Notes under the pieces: generated by a model | Told to the model about the DNA's origin: nothing | Databases searched by the model: none | What the model saw: the letters and a program-made list of their open reading frames with translations, nothing else | DNA from: Tubulanus polymorphus | Lineage: Eukaryota > Animalia > Nemertea | NCBI RefSeq assembly: GCF_964204645.1 | Contig: NC_134031.1 | Span: forward strand, 16,231,807-16,295,806 | DNA: 64,000 nucleotides | Direction of reading: 5' to 3' | Shown here: one piece after another, positions 10,501-23,200 of the stretch | Position numbering within the stretch: position 1 is the first letter of the stretch | How the letters are laid out: every line of letters starts with the position of its first letter | Made by a program: the position numbers and the translations under genes

Positions 10501-12451
10501 TGTATACTGAGTTTCATTTCCCCAGACATCGATAGGTTTAATGATTTTCTGAAAACAACATTCGAACGGCACGGTTATCTTGTGAAGTTGTGTGGGCGAA
10601 TGGTTAAAGCAAAGATCGCGGGTCCGATCTCTAAACATCACAGCTTTTCTTTTCTCATTCGGATGTTATATTTTACTCGTGAAGGAGATTAAAAAATATC
10701 ATACATTGGAGCTATAAGAATATACATACCGTACATGATCATCCTCGATACTACTAAAAAAAACATGATTTCTTACTTGGAGCATATCCTTGAAATCCAT
10801 GCGAGATTTCGCAGTGATCGGGGAGTTACACAATTTCACGTTAGCATCTGACGTTCCATTTTCGAATTTAACGAGGTAATACGCAAAAAGCAACGAGTTG
10901 ACTACTGCCTGGAAAAGTCGTGATATTTCATCGAATATAGAAAACGATTTTCATTATGGATATTCGATTATAGAATTAATCTGACCTGTATTTGATCACC
11001 GTTGTTTACGAGATTACGTCTTTTTAGTATGGTTATCACATTGTCAGTAGGCGTCAAAACTTTAGAAAGAGCAGTGACGTCTAAACGTTCGTTGTATACA
11101 AGCCATATCAGGTCGCTGAAACCATCCGAGACCGAAGACTGAGGATACAGAAATCGATTCATGTAAGGACTTTGCTCTGAAAAACTGGTACTCCCGTAGT
11201 CGAAGAAGTCGCACAATTCGAATTTTATATGATATCATTTATGAAATTCGAATTGTGGGACTTCTTCGATTATCTACAGTGTACACGGATTAGAGTGTTT
11301 TATTTGACTACTAATAAAATTATCGTGCGTTTGCTACCGCTTTTCAATCTTAATATATATAATTCAAATGGTCATAAAACAAAATAGACTTCGATACCTG
11401 TAGTTTGAATAACTTGATAATATTCGGTGTGTCACCGAGGACGAGGAATGGTATTTCAACTCGACTAAAGCGCCGTTTCGTAGATATTTTCTTCAACTGA
11501 TACACGATCTCGGGCTCATTTCCTAGCTGAATGATCGACAGTTTTATCTCCAAGCGTCTCAAAGACATAATCGTTTCGGCATAGACTTCTAGAAATACCT
11601 CGAAATATGTCATATACTTTCATAAAGCTGTTCGTTGTTTATGTTTTGCATTTCTCATACTGTACCTGATACGCCGTCGTGAAATACAATTAGGGCTTTC
11701 CATTTTTGGCTTTTAATGAAATCCATCAACACGACTTGGGCGTGAACGATTGGGTTATGTATCTGGATAGCGTCCTCTAGTGGTGGGTGTCGGCGGATAC
11801 ACGGCTCTGAAAGCACGGATACGTGAAGAAGCGGGAGCCCGTGGGTGACGGGCAGTACTCGTCGCAATTCCGAGCAGCCGACGTGTGATATGAGGACAAA
11901 AACTCCATTTCGCGTCAAACTGCAAACTAAAATGGTAGAATATTCTTTTTCAGAAATAAAATTTTTTTTTTCTATATTAGAAAAATAGAAATTGAGTTGA
12001 CTTATTGGAATCTCAAGAATTTAGCGGGCTTACGATTGTGAAAGAGGGCTAAACTGCCATTATCGAGAGTGACTTCTTCCAGGTGTAGCTTAATATCAAT
12101 CGTCGAAATAGATCTGATGAAAGCCTGCTGAATACTCTGAGGCGGAATTCGTATACATTCGAGGAATTTGTCCGACGAATTTGTATCAATATTTCGACCC
12201 ATCTCTAAAAGATTCGTAATAAACTACACGTACTTCCACTGAACATGAAAGCGGTTCTGAATTGACTGAAAATTGATAGTGATTTCGATTGATAGTGATT
12301 ACCAAAACTTACCCAATGTCGCCAGTTTCAGACGCAGTTGCTTCAATGGGGGTAACGTTTCTTCTTCTGCTACAATTAACCCAGAAAATATAACCAGAGA
12401 ACAGAAAATGATACCCGATCGCATTGTCTTTCTACTGGAAAATTCACTCAT
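7573..12451 (-). CDS. Ionotropic glutamate receptor / ionotropic receptor (IR) family channel with N-terminal domain, 14 exons
   Basis: Phase-consistent exons approx. 12313-12451, 12034-12204, 11666-11926, 11398-11588, 10986-11138, 10777-10908, 10357-10548, 10166-10266, 9990-10080, 9549-9885, 9031-9248, 8781-8884, 8166-8316, 7573-7870. Motifs: signal peptide; ATD LCSLTRNGV; S1 DKKFGAPNSDGNWSGLVGMV and LSVTAERSRVVDF; M1 PFQSSVWLCI; pore YLNQG; M3 STYNAHLISYL; S2 YAFLTE and YALAFPKGS; MRESGLL..W; M4. Confidence 0.9.
8535..8698. mobile_element. Tc1/mariner-pogo(Tigger)-like MITE in an IR intron
   Basis: TIR CAGTCGACCCCCGATATA ... TATATCGGGGGTTGACTG, followed by TA. Confidence 0.7.
11199..11269. 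repeat. ~70 bp intronic inverted repeat (hairpin)
   Basis: TCGAAGAAGTCGCACAATTCGAATTT ... AAATTCGAATTGTGGGACTTCTTCGA with one mismatch in the 26-bp arms. Confidence 0.85.
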
Positions 12452-13102
12452 TTCGGTAATAATCCATAATTTACCACGGTGCGGGTATAATGTATGTAAA
12501 CCATACAAGTCTATCCGTCCAGATGGGTGTCTGAAGCTCTGAATGATTAACTGTGTTACTGTCAGGTGTAATTATTAATTGACGTGGTTGACCACCTCGT
12601 GTTCAAAAACCAATAAATTACCCGCTGATTTTGCGATGAAATAAAACACTATCATCGATGAAGCCCAGGTCGCGGTGGCTGAACACATCTATAGTTCACC
12701 TATTCAGCCGCGCGCTTAAATGCCAGCATGTATCATCAGAAATTGCAGCACCTGGCTCCAGGTCGAAGTCATGTCAGATCAAAATGGATATCAGAACGAT
12801 TTCGATTCGTTAGATAAGTTTTATCACCAAAATGAAAGTTGAGTCGTCTGGCATCATCTTTCGACGGGCGCAATATGTTTCGTCGGGATGTACGAGCAGT
12901 CCACCTGGTGACAGTTCACAATGAGCGCCCAGTATGGCATTAATACCTTTCGACAGGTGCCCTTGATTTTTTCAGGATTTACAATTTTCACGTTGAAGAT
13001 TACTGGGGTTTTTAAATGAGCATTAAATATTTCAATATTTGAAGGCAAAATGATCATCAGCTGTAATCCTACAGACATCATCTGCCGCCCAACAAAATCC
13101 TA

Positions 13103-13352
13103 CAGGGGCGGATCTAGCTTTTTCGTATAAGGGGGTGCGCACTACTTATTTGGGTCACTACTTACATATGTACATATGCTGGGCAGGGTCTGGGTATACT
13201 CCCTCAGAAAATCATGAAAAATTAGATGCATTCTAATTCTGTGCGATTTCCTGGTTGAAATTAGTAATGAAATATGTTCACAATTTCACCATTTTCTAAA
13301 CAAAAAGTCTTGGGTATAACATTCCAAGGTCACTCTGCCCCTGGATCCGCCC
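13103..13352. mobile_element. Non-autonomous DNA transposon (MITE)
   Basis: Imperfect TIR CAGGGGCGGATCTAG ... CTGGATCCGCCC. Confidence 0.6.
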
Positions 13353-16300
13353 GCCACTGTCCTCGCGGTACGTCAGCAGCTCCTCTGCGGAAGAATCGGT
13401 CTCTATCGAACGGAGAAAAGCACCGTTGCAAATAATCAATCAAAACAGAAGACGTTCTTGTTTGCTTGCATGAAAAAATTGCCGAAGCTTTATACAGCAA
13501 CTAAATTCTACATACCAGAGATTTGCACGAATAACGTGGCAAACATTTATACATTATTTACAATATTTATTTGATGTTGTTGCGTGATCAATGCTGTTAC
13601 CGAAAAACGAGTCGAGATATTTGAGTTTCTTTTTTCTATGGAGGCATCTTGAAATATAAATATTCAATAAATACTATAAGCAACTTTACATCAAATATCT
13701 ATAGACAACCGATAAGAATATATCCGTTTGAATTTGACACAGCGTTAAATAATTGAACAATTAAATCGACGAAAAATATATAAGTTCTCATCTATACCCC
13801 ACAGAGGTGTTTAAATCTATGGAAAAACGTCGGATAAAGCACGCGTCAGTCACCATTTACACTTGAGACAAAATAGGCACATGGCAAGGTAATATTTCCC
13901 CGTGAAAAACGTTTTCGATGTGTTTTGTCACGCCGTGCGTGTTGGAGGCAAAGCACAAAACACGGAACAGAAACACGTTTTTCACGAAACAAGCACCTGC
14001 TCGATTTGCGAAAAATGTTTTGTAACGTCGAAAACGTTTTTCGTCCCGTGTGCAGTGGATGTTTTGTGGTGTTTTGCAAAACATCCACGTCCGAAGTGTT
14101 GCATACTCTGTTTTTTATCAATTTAGGCCAGATTCAAACCAATTCTGTTCGAAAATCGAACAGCTGAATTTTGAGAATCGAGAACATTGAAAAAGATCCT
14201 CAAAAAAACGTTAAAATCAGGCCTAACGCGACAACACATCAATGTGGGCTATACATCAATATTTTTTCGAAAATTTGAAGAAATTGTTCTTTCTTCGCTT
14301 GTAAAGTACATAAGAATACCAAATATTACAAATATTACGAATTTCATAACGAAACCTGGAAGACAAAATATTACGTAATCATTTCATTCTCGATGGCTGG
14401 TTTATTTTCTTTACCAGCAGCACACAGGGAGAAAAAAAAACAACGCAGTCCGAAAGATCAACAGAACTCAACAAGACTTAACAATAATTGTAATGATCTG
14501 GATAAAAATTCTACGGCGTGTTCGTTCAAACACCCGAGCGGTATACTTAAAATATTCCTTCCGTAAAACTGTGTTGAGATTTGCTTGCTTTAGTGCTGGG
14601 ACGGTCTCACAAAAAGGTTTGACGCATTATGGTCATCTAAATTTAGTCGCTATAATGTAACCTAACTGACGCTAATTTCCTTTCAGTGGAACTCCTCTAC
14701 CCTAAGCATAAATCTTACGTCCTAAGCTGTTTCTGTACATGAAATTTGGATTTGCATCCACTTTCTTCTCACAACCGGAGCTAGTTGCTCATAAGTTCGT
14801 TAAAGATAACCAATGGATAGATATCGAAGTGGCGATGATCAAATTTTAAATCAAATGTCACCATCGTATCTATCCAGTGGTCAACTTCAACTAACTTTTG
14901 AGTACATGTAATTGATGCCAGGATTGTGGTAGACAGCAGTTTAATTGATAACAACTACACTTCGAGTACAAATGGCTTGTTAAATTGAGGCCATCCTGCC
15001 GGTATTTCTGCCCTAACTAATTAATGGCCACTCCGTCTGCGACCACTCTAGTCAATTAGGCTCCTCTTCCAGTCGGTCAGCTGCCTGCGGCCAGCTGCTC
15101 AATAATGGTTATAGATAACTGGCAGGGGTTGGCGCAGGATAACAATGTAAGCCTAACTGTAGTTAGTGGCTAATCCGTGGTTAAGCTGACAAAATCGTGG
15201 TTACCTAACAGCGTTTTCCAACGCCCACCCCTGATAAATATGATAGAAAAGATGAACTTTTAAATTTTGTCTAACCAACTGCCCACTGATTTTTAGAGAA
15301 GGCCTCGCATAAATGGACGATGCAACGAATCAAATGACATATGTATGTAAAAATAGCTCTTAACGCTTTTAACTCTTTGACTCGTTACAAAAGACTACGT
15401 TCAAATCGCTACAAATATTCACTGGTACCCATCGAGACCTGGAACCAATCTAACTAAATTCCTGTTTTCTAACACCAGACGGCCTTACCTATCTACCTAA
15501 CCTACGCACGCACATGAAATACAGAACCGAATATGGTTTTCATAATCACCGTCACAAAAATAGAATTGTAAAATATTTTCAACAACGAATTTTGCACGTA
15601 GCCTAACAAAAACCAAGCAGCCTATTCTCCCGCTAAAAATATCAACATCTTTTCAGATGATTGTCTTTACTTGCCGCGTATATGTGACTAGTTTTCTGAG
15701 CATTCAGTTTCTATCAATTCCGACCAAAAATTTAACGAATCAAAAAATCTGACCCACTTTCTCATCGGCAGACTATCAATTTCGAGGTAAAAATTTAGCA
15801 TTCGAATTCGCAAGTTTAGTTTCAAATTTCATTCGAGAATTAATTGACTCATATCATCAGGTTTCAGGCATTTCGCGAATGAATAATTTATTCACGTCGA
15901 AATAGATAATGAAACGTCTGCCGTTTTGTCACGGGTTCATCGAGAACTCTCGAAATTTCACCAGTCGAAACAAATATTTCGCAATGATACAATTTGTTAA
16001 CATCCGATTACAATAAATAAGGCTAAAATTTGCATAAAACGCTCGGGCGAACTCGAAGCGAGCAGATATTAAATAACAATTCATAAAACACATCAATCAC
16101 TTCTAATTAACACAATAGTGTTTTTTTTTCTATTTATTCCCTGTACAATTCTGATTCATGTTTATTCGTTTTTCTTTTTTTACAATAAGACCTGGTCTCG
16201 TTACCATCCTATAATAACTGTACACATAAAATATACAATCATTACAATTCGTAAAACAATATCGCCGCAAAGTTAGTAAGCCATTTCCGATTACTTATCA

Positions 16301-17267
16301 TATACCGATCACAAATGTTACGCAGTTTCATGAGTAGAATTCTTGCCGATCTTTGATAAAGAATTTGAAGAAATCCTGAATACGAAACTAATGCTTAACA
16401 TTCGAATCCTTAACTAGTTCGAAACTAACGCTTAACATAGGTAAAGCAATCGTTGGATATGTCCTTTTCTCACACGCGTTTAAAATCCGTTCCCAGAACG
16501 AAGTTATAGATAAATTGCCATGACGACAACTTATATAGTTTTCACGGTGCGTCTGCTGTACTGTACGTAAAACTGATGATACATTATTAAGTCATTATTG
16601 CACAGATAGATCGAGTTCATTTACTTTAAACAAACAACCAAAATTACTGACAAACACAATTCGAGAGTTTTTTTACATAATCCGTAGTTGTCCACGTTCA
16701 AATTATGCTTTCATCAAAATTGTCATGGTCGCGCAATTCAACAAACGGCTCCTATACGATACGCTTTTCAAATGATTTTAGAGACGAGCTTCATAAAACC
16801 GCATCATTTTCATATCCTCGTCGATTTCGAGCACTTTCATGAATTCGTTACGTTTCCACACGCCAGTCGACACGCGTTCCGAATATTAAAACGTTTAAAT
16901 GTAGCTCCGAAAACCGCTGCGGATACTAACCGGCATACGAACATCGAATAAAAGTTACATAGAGATCGTGTTCACGGCCATCTAAAGCGCCTAAATCAAG
17001 AAATGTTCGAAATAGCCGAATTCCGAAAAGTCGAAAGCACAAAAATTCCACACGAGCTGTATAGTTATTCAATCGAGTTAAGATCAGGAATTGTTTTCAG
17101 GCGAAATAGATGTCTGTGGATGTGCGCTCAAAGCTGATAAAATTATGCGGCGCAGATGGATTTTATAAAAAAAACAACGGCGAATCCGTTCTCGCTCTCT
17201 AGCAGTCGTCGATTAGGAGTCCAGAAGCCAGAAGTTGAAAGACTATAATATTGCACATGTGCGCCGT

Positions 17268-20200
17268 TCAATCAAAAGACATCAAGTTCATCGGAACCTG
17301 CAAATATAAATTACAAGAATTTTACGACAGTTACAAAACCCGACTGTAGAATAGCACCAGGGGCCGGTTGCATAGTCATGGCTGTAGTGGCCTTAAATCT
17401 TAATACTGGTCTTAAGTTTTTAGATTGGCTACAGGACTATGTTGGTCTTAAACTGGTTTTAAGTCTAAGCCATGACTAGTGCAAACGGCCCCAGGCGCCA
17501 GTTGCACAGACGTTGTTTAAGTCCAAAAATGGTCTTAAACCTTTAAACTGGTCTTAAGTTGTTAGAGCGGCTATAGAACTAAGTTGGTCTTTGACTGGTC
17601 TTAAGTCAAAGCCATGACTTTGCAACTTGGTCATGGCTTAGAGTTAGACCAGACTAAAACCATCTCAGTTCTATAGCAAATCTAACAACTTAAGACCAGT
17701 CTTAGGATTTAAGACCATTTGTGGGACTTAAGTCTCGACTATAGAACTGGTCCCAGGTTATGTAAGTCTCCGATGCGCTTACCGATTTCAAATGTATACG
17801 AGTTGCTTCGTTTAGATGTCGACACCATTCTAAAGCTTTAGCTTGCGTTCCAGCACGAAACTTGTACACATTGCCTTAAAACATACAATACAACGTACAG
17901 TACATATTATTAGATACTCTATACATATTTTACAAACAGGAAAGAAATGAATTTGAGGAGATTCAGAGAGGAGCCGGGTGTAGAATGAATAACGAGACGA
18001 GTAGTACTATATCGGTTAACTAGTTTATTTGACGCATGAGCTTTCGCTACTAAAGTATAGTAGCTTCATCAGGTGAATGAAGCCCGACTATACATTGGTA
18101 GCGAAACCTCATGCGTCAAATAAAATAGTTAACCTACAAAGTACTACTCGTCTCCTTATTTCTTCTTTTTTTGGCAATTTTGATTATTCGTATGGATGAC
18201 AAAGACTTGGTATGAATTCAAATTGCTAAGTCATAGAAGACTACTGATGAGGATTAAGATCTCAGATGTAAACAATTAGTGGATGAGTGATGTGAAGCCA
18301 TTTAATCGACGTGCATTTGAGAGATATTCAGCTCCCATACCTAAACCCCTCCGTGGTATCAATTGACTCTCCTAGCTTATAAGTGATTGCTCAAGACATT
18401 TATTTCTGTTTGAGTCATCACCTGTTTCTGGATAGCGCCTCTGATAATATTTCTATTATTCATAAGGCGCTATATAATAACGAATTCATAATCCTATGCT
18501 ATCCTAGATGTTAGCTTACCCTTGACAGGATCTGTTAGTTGAAAGGTATCAGGCTGAGCAGGTGTATCCATCATGACTACCATCCAACCACTTATAGAGT
18601 GCATTTTACTGGGATTGACTTTAAACTGAAAATATTAAAAACATAAAAGCCATAGATGTAAAACATCAGCACAATATCCTAGGGACCATCCATTTAGTAC
18701 GTACGCATGATAGGGGGTCTGTGAAAATGCATACAAATATGTACAGGGGAAGGATGGGGTACATGGCTATGCTTACGGTATGCACCTAATAATCGTTTTT
18801 TCACTCTATTGACCATTCATTCTGCATTCAAATTAAAATGAAGTGAGATTTAAGGATTTTATGATATCTATCGGCTGCTATATTCTCTATTGAATTGATT
18901 GCGACATCGATGATGATTTTATTTGCACTAGAATTAATACCGGTGCCATAGACGCCACCTATTTGCTGAAAATAACACTAAAGACATCTAACATATCGTT
19001 CTTCCATACGAACTGGGGGGGGCTTGGTAGGGGGGTTGTGAAGTGAAATGTACAGCCGTGTACAAGGGGAGAGGAGGTCAAAAGGATTTCTGTGTAAGTA
19101 CAAAATGAATGATCCCCTACAATATTAATCATATATACTTAGACAGGGAAACAATACATTTACAAATGTTAGTATGATGCCATAGATATAATTGTTAGGC
19201 AGATTATTTGAGAGAGGCTGAAGCAGCATTTCAAGTCTTAGAATCTTTAAAACGTTAAGACCGATTCTAATTTCACCCTGAAAAACCTCCGGTAGACGAA
19301 TGATGCGTAGAGAATTTCGGTTAGAATATTAAAGATTCGCGGCTCGGGGTCAATTAATGATCTTAACATCGATTTCATATCGGGAAAGCGAATCAACCGC
19401 AATCACTGAACACTGATAGACAGAACCTCTACAGCCCCAGCTACGAACACTAACTGTAACGGGACAACACCGGGTCCCGCGGAGAGTAACCGTGATTGAT
19501 TATTGGGATTAAAAGGATCATGCACATATAGGACATGACGCAGCCTATGGTATATGAATTCTCACATGGGACTTTTTTTCAATTACTTCGAGTACGGATC
19601 CACCTCCACACCAAACCAATTTTTTTGTGTTTCATCCGTCGAAACTTCCGATGTAATTATTTGCAAAAAGTTAGTTTGCTTCATTTCTCCCGTCATTTGA
19701 TTCGATCACAATTTTCACGTCTTATAAAAAAATATTTCTGCAAAATCATTTTCTGCAAATTTTCTGAATCTTCTGAGACTCTACGTCGAAAAAATACTCA
19801 AATGATAGAAACGATTTCGTTTTTCAAATTTTTTCCCCGGTTCCCTTTTGTTATTTTCTAGGAAAATCCGTACTCCGAGTAACTCGTAAAAAAAGGCCTC
19901 GCAGAGATTCAAACCTGAGTCGGGATCAGGACCGCCGCGGGAACGGTTCAGGAGGTGTCATTCAACGGCTGGTTCAAACGATACAGGTTTGAATCTCTAC
20001 TAAGAAAGATGCTATACGTATAGTGCGATGATATTTCGGCCGACATGCCCGTATAATAATGATCGTTCAAATAGTTTTCAAAAGAGATAAGACAAAGAGA
20101 TAGGAGAGACATATTGTGTGGATCTGGTCTAACAAAAACGTGTATCTGCTATGAAATCATTCTGTGAAACGGAAAGTGAACTTTACAGTCATCATTCGCG

Positions 20201-23200
20201 CGGACACAACCTTGCAATGATGATGATGATTATGACGATGATGACGATGAATGTCGCCTCAATCTTTCAAGCCGCGGTAAATCATTTTCCGCGAAAGAGA
20301 TTTTTAGCCAGGATGGACAGATGCTAGTCGATACATCGACAATATAGTAGGTATCATGATATCATATTACGACGATGCGATCATATCATATCTAATTTTG
20401 ACGTAGTGATTTTTTCGTTATTAGAGTTGACAGAGACGGTGTACTTACACGTGGGCTATACTCCAATAGAGAATCATCCTATTCCAATAACAACAAGAAA
20501 TGAGTTTATGAGAAAAACTGCCTCTAAATTCAAAGTCTCGAAACCAAATTTTCATTAATCTAGATCGTACTGCTGTTAGTGAAACTGACTTCAAATGGGA
20601 CAGGAATATACGATATGCAGACTTCGTTTACGTAGCCCGGAGAAGCAGCCCGTGACCAGAGTTTCATGACCAGAGTTCATAGTCGTCAGGCTGAAGTCAA
20701 GACTTATCAGTACCTTAAATGGGCAGTTCAAATTAATACTTTTTCCTATTTGAGCGAGCGGTGTAGACGGGTGGTTAGATCGTTTGGCTCTGGGAAGCCA
20801 GGTCGTGGGTTCGAACCCCGTATATTACCGTAGTGTCCTCGGGCAAGACACTTATCCTCATTGCCTCTCTCCACCCAGGAGTAAATGGGTACCTGGCCTG
20901 ATAGATGACTCCCGAGCGCCTAGCAGCTGTTGGATGTTACTCCTCCACAAGGGAGATGACTGATACATGGAATAGAGTTATGAGGCTGGGGTAATAACAC
21001 AAATTTGGAGCGCATTTGAACTAGACTCCGTTTAGGATACCTGCGCTATCCATTATTATCATCATTATCAAATGCGCAAGTAAACAACAACTCTGACGAT
21101 ATGGAGGACTCGCTATGAACCCCGACCATTGCACAACTGGGTCAAGACTCCGTCGTACCATTTCACATCTACTTACGTCCGATCGCTCGATGCCGCGAAA
21201 ACTCTTCGCCGGGTAATAAAGCAACGACGCGCCCCACAGCGCCATCCAGTAGCGGGTCCACGAACACACCGTCGGCTTCTTGCCTTCTTTCAGCAGGCTT
21301 TTGCGTTTCAAACAGCCCTGACACGTAAACGACGCCGAGTAGAATTCGCGTTGTATCGAATCATTCGGCATGTACTCGAAACTGAAAATCAAAAATGAAA
21401 GTTGTTTTTTATTTAGATTAATACGTTCGTTTAGAGAAGCACGGATCAAAGTGGATCAATTGAATTAGGTGCGAATAAGTGAAAATACAGTAGACTCGGT
21501 TTGCATTCGGATTTCGCGGGAACCGTGAATTCTCTCAGACCCGCTGCCTCAGATGAAGCAACACGAATGACTTCTTTCTGACATACCGAAATTCCGGTGC
21601 AGACGGATCCAGGATTAGCCGATAACGCAATGAATTGGAGTTAGAAAATTTATAACATTTTTCCCGGGGACAATCACCTCCGTGGTAAACAGAGTCTACT
21701 CAAGTTAAGGGTGTCATCCCAGTTCAAAATATTTTTCTGATCGTTCTAAATTTTGAATCCGTCGTATCAATAGACAGTTATACTAAATCTACGATGGGCT
21801 TATGGAATGACTCGCACGGCCACAAAAAACGTGAAAGACTATGTACAACTGAAATTGATCGCAAAGTTTACGGTGTATAAATGAAAAAAATACATATACA
21901 CTGTTGCTGACATAATCAAACTGACAATTTATCTATTCTATTCTATACATGTATAGAACGTTGAAAAATTCAGCAAGAATAAAGTTCTATTTCATCGTTT
22001 TATCTCCCGCTAGAATCTACAGAAAGTTTGAAAATATTAAGGGAAATAACAAAATGAGTTTCATAAACGAATAAACGTCTCATCTTTGTTCGAAATTTAA
22101 AGAATGAATTAAAATTTTCATCTGAAACTGCGACCACCATCCACGAAGCATGCGTTAAATAAATCGGAAAAAAAATGAAGAATCATAATATTGCGGGATT
22201 TAGCAACAAGATAGCGCAGCTTACACGCACACCAGGGCGGGCACCTACGCTAGGAACGCTTAATATCGAAACCAAAAGGCTTAGGCGCGACAACTATCTG
22301 CGCGAAACTGCTCGATCTGATACGAATGACTTTGGATACAACAGTAAAGGTTACGCAATAACATCGTATTCGGTAATGGCGGGAAGAACGAAGAACTTTC
22401 GAATAATCATTAGTGATTTCAATAAATTGTGTTTCGATTTTCATCATCAAAGTTAACGATTAGAGATTTGTGCAGCCATAGAATACAAGACGGCTTCATT
22501 TAGAAATGGATAGAATTTGCAAGAAAACAAAAACAGTAAAATCGCAGTGTGTGTCTACAATTTTCAGTTAATAAAAACCGGTGACTGAGATTACGTAGAG
22601 TGTCCACACACAAAATTGGGTGTTTTTTTCCATATTACAGAAAATTTAAAAAAGTTGAAAGCAGTTAAAAAATTGCCAAAATCTTTCCTCGTTATTCGTG
22701 AAGTCTAAGTATCGATAACAAATAATTTACTAAATCGTAGATTTGTGACGATTCATTTCATTATTTGTTATCCGTGTGTATGAAAACTGTTCACTCCCGA
22801 GAACACTCCGAATAAACCACTTTCTTCGATAAGCGCGAAAAAGAAATCACTCTTAAAAGTAAAATCTCTTGATTTTCTTGCGAAGAACGTTATTACGTTT
22901 CGTTATTCGAATTTCTTTTAAACGTAAGCGACGTTCGAATTTCGTGGAAGATGAAAATGAAACCCTTAGTCATCAGGAAATCATAGTCGTAGCTACTGCG
23001 CGACTATTCTAGAACGAACAACTATTGAATTCGTTTTCGAAAGAATTCTAAGCGAAAAATTTAAAGAATAAAATCTAAGGCACTACTGCAGCGAGACAAG
23101 TTTTTCGCAGGCCTCGAAATGAATAATCTGATAAAATGAAGACATTGATTACAAAATTTGAACCGGGAACCAAACGCAAAATATATATAAACGTCAACAT

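Noticed and set aside
11235-11237. In-frame TGA in an apparent IR exon, suggesting a pseudogene, stop-codon editing or selenocysteine
   Set aside because: A better phase-0 acceptor (TTTCTGTATCCTCAG, exon start 11138) skips it and gives a sensible ATD sequence (LFKLQ|SSVSDGFSDLIWLV), so the TGA is most likely intronic.
13846-14167. Four overlapping ORFs on both strands
   Set aside because: Low-complexity AAAACG/CGTTTT quasi-palindromic sequence with no protein motifs or splice support; probably a repeat relic.
19900-20470. Possible micro-exons or alternative exons inside the RalGPS PH-domain intron (donor GTAAGT at ~20445)
   Set aside because: No convincing frame-preserving acceptor, and the flanking exons already join in frame.
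20752-20825. Possible tRNA gene
   Set aside because: No clean cloverleaf or acceptor stem; it runs straight into a CORE-like SINE body and simple-repeat tail.
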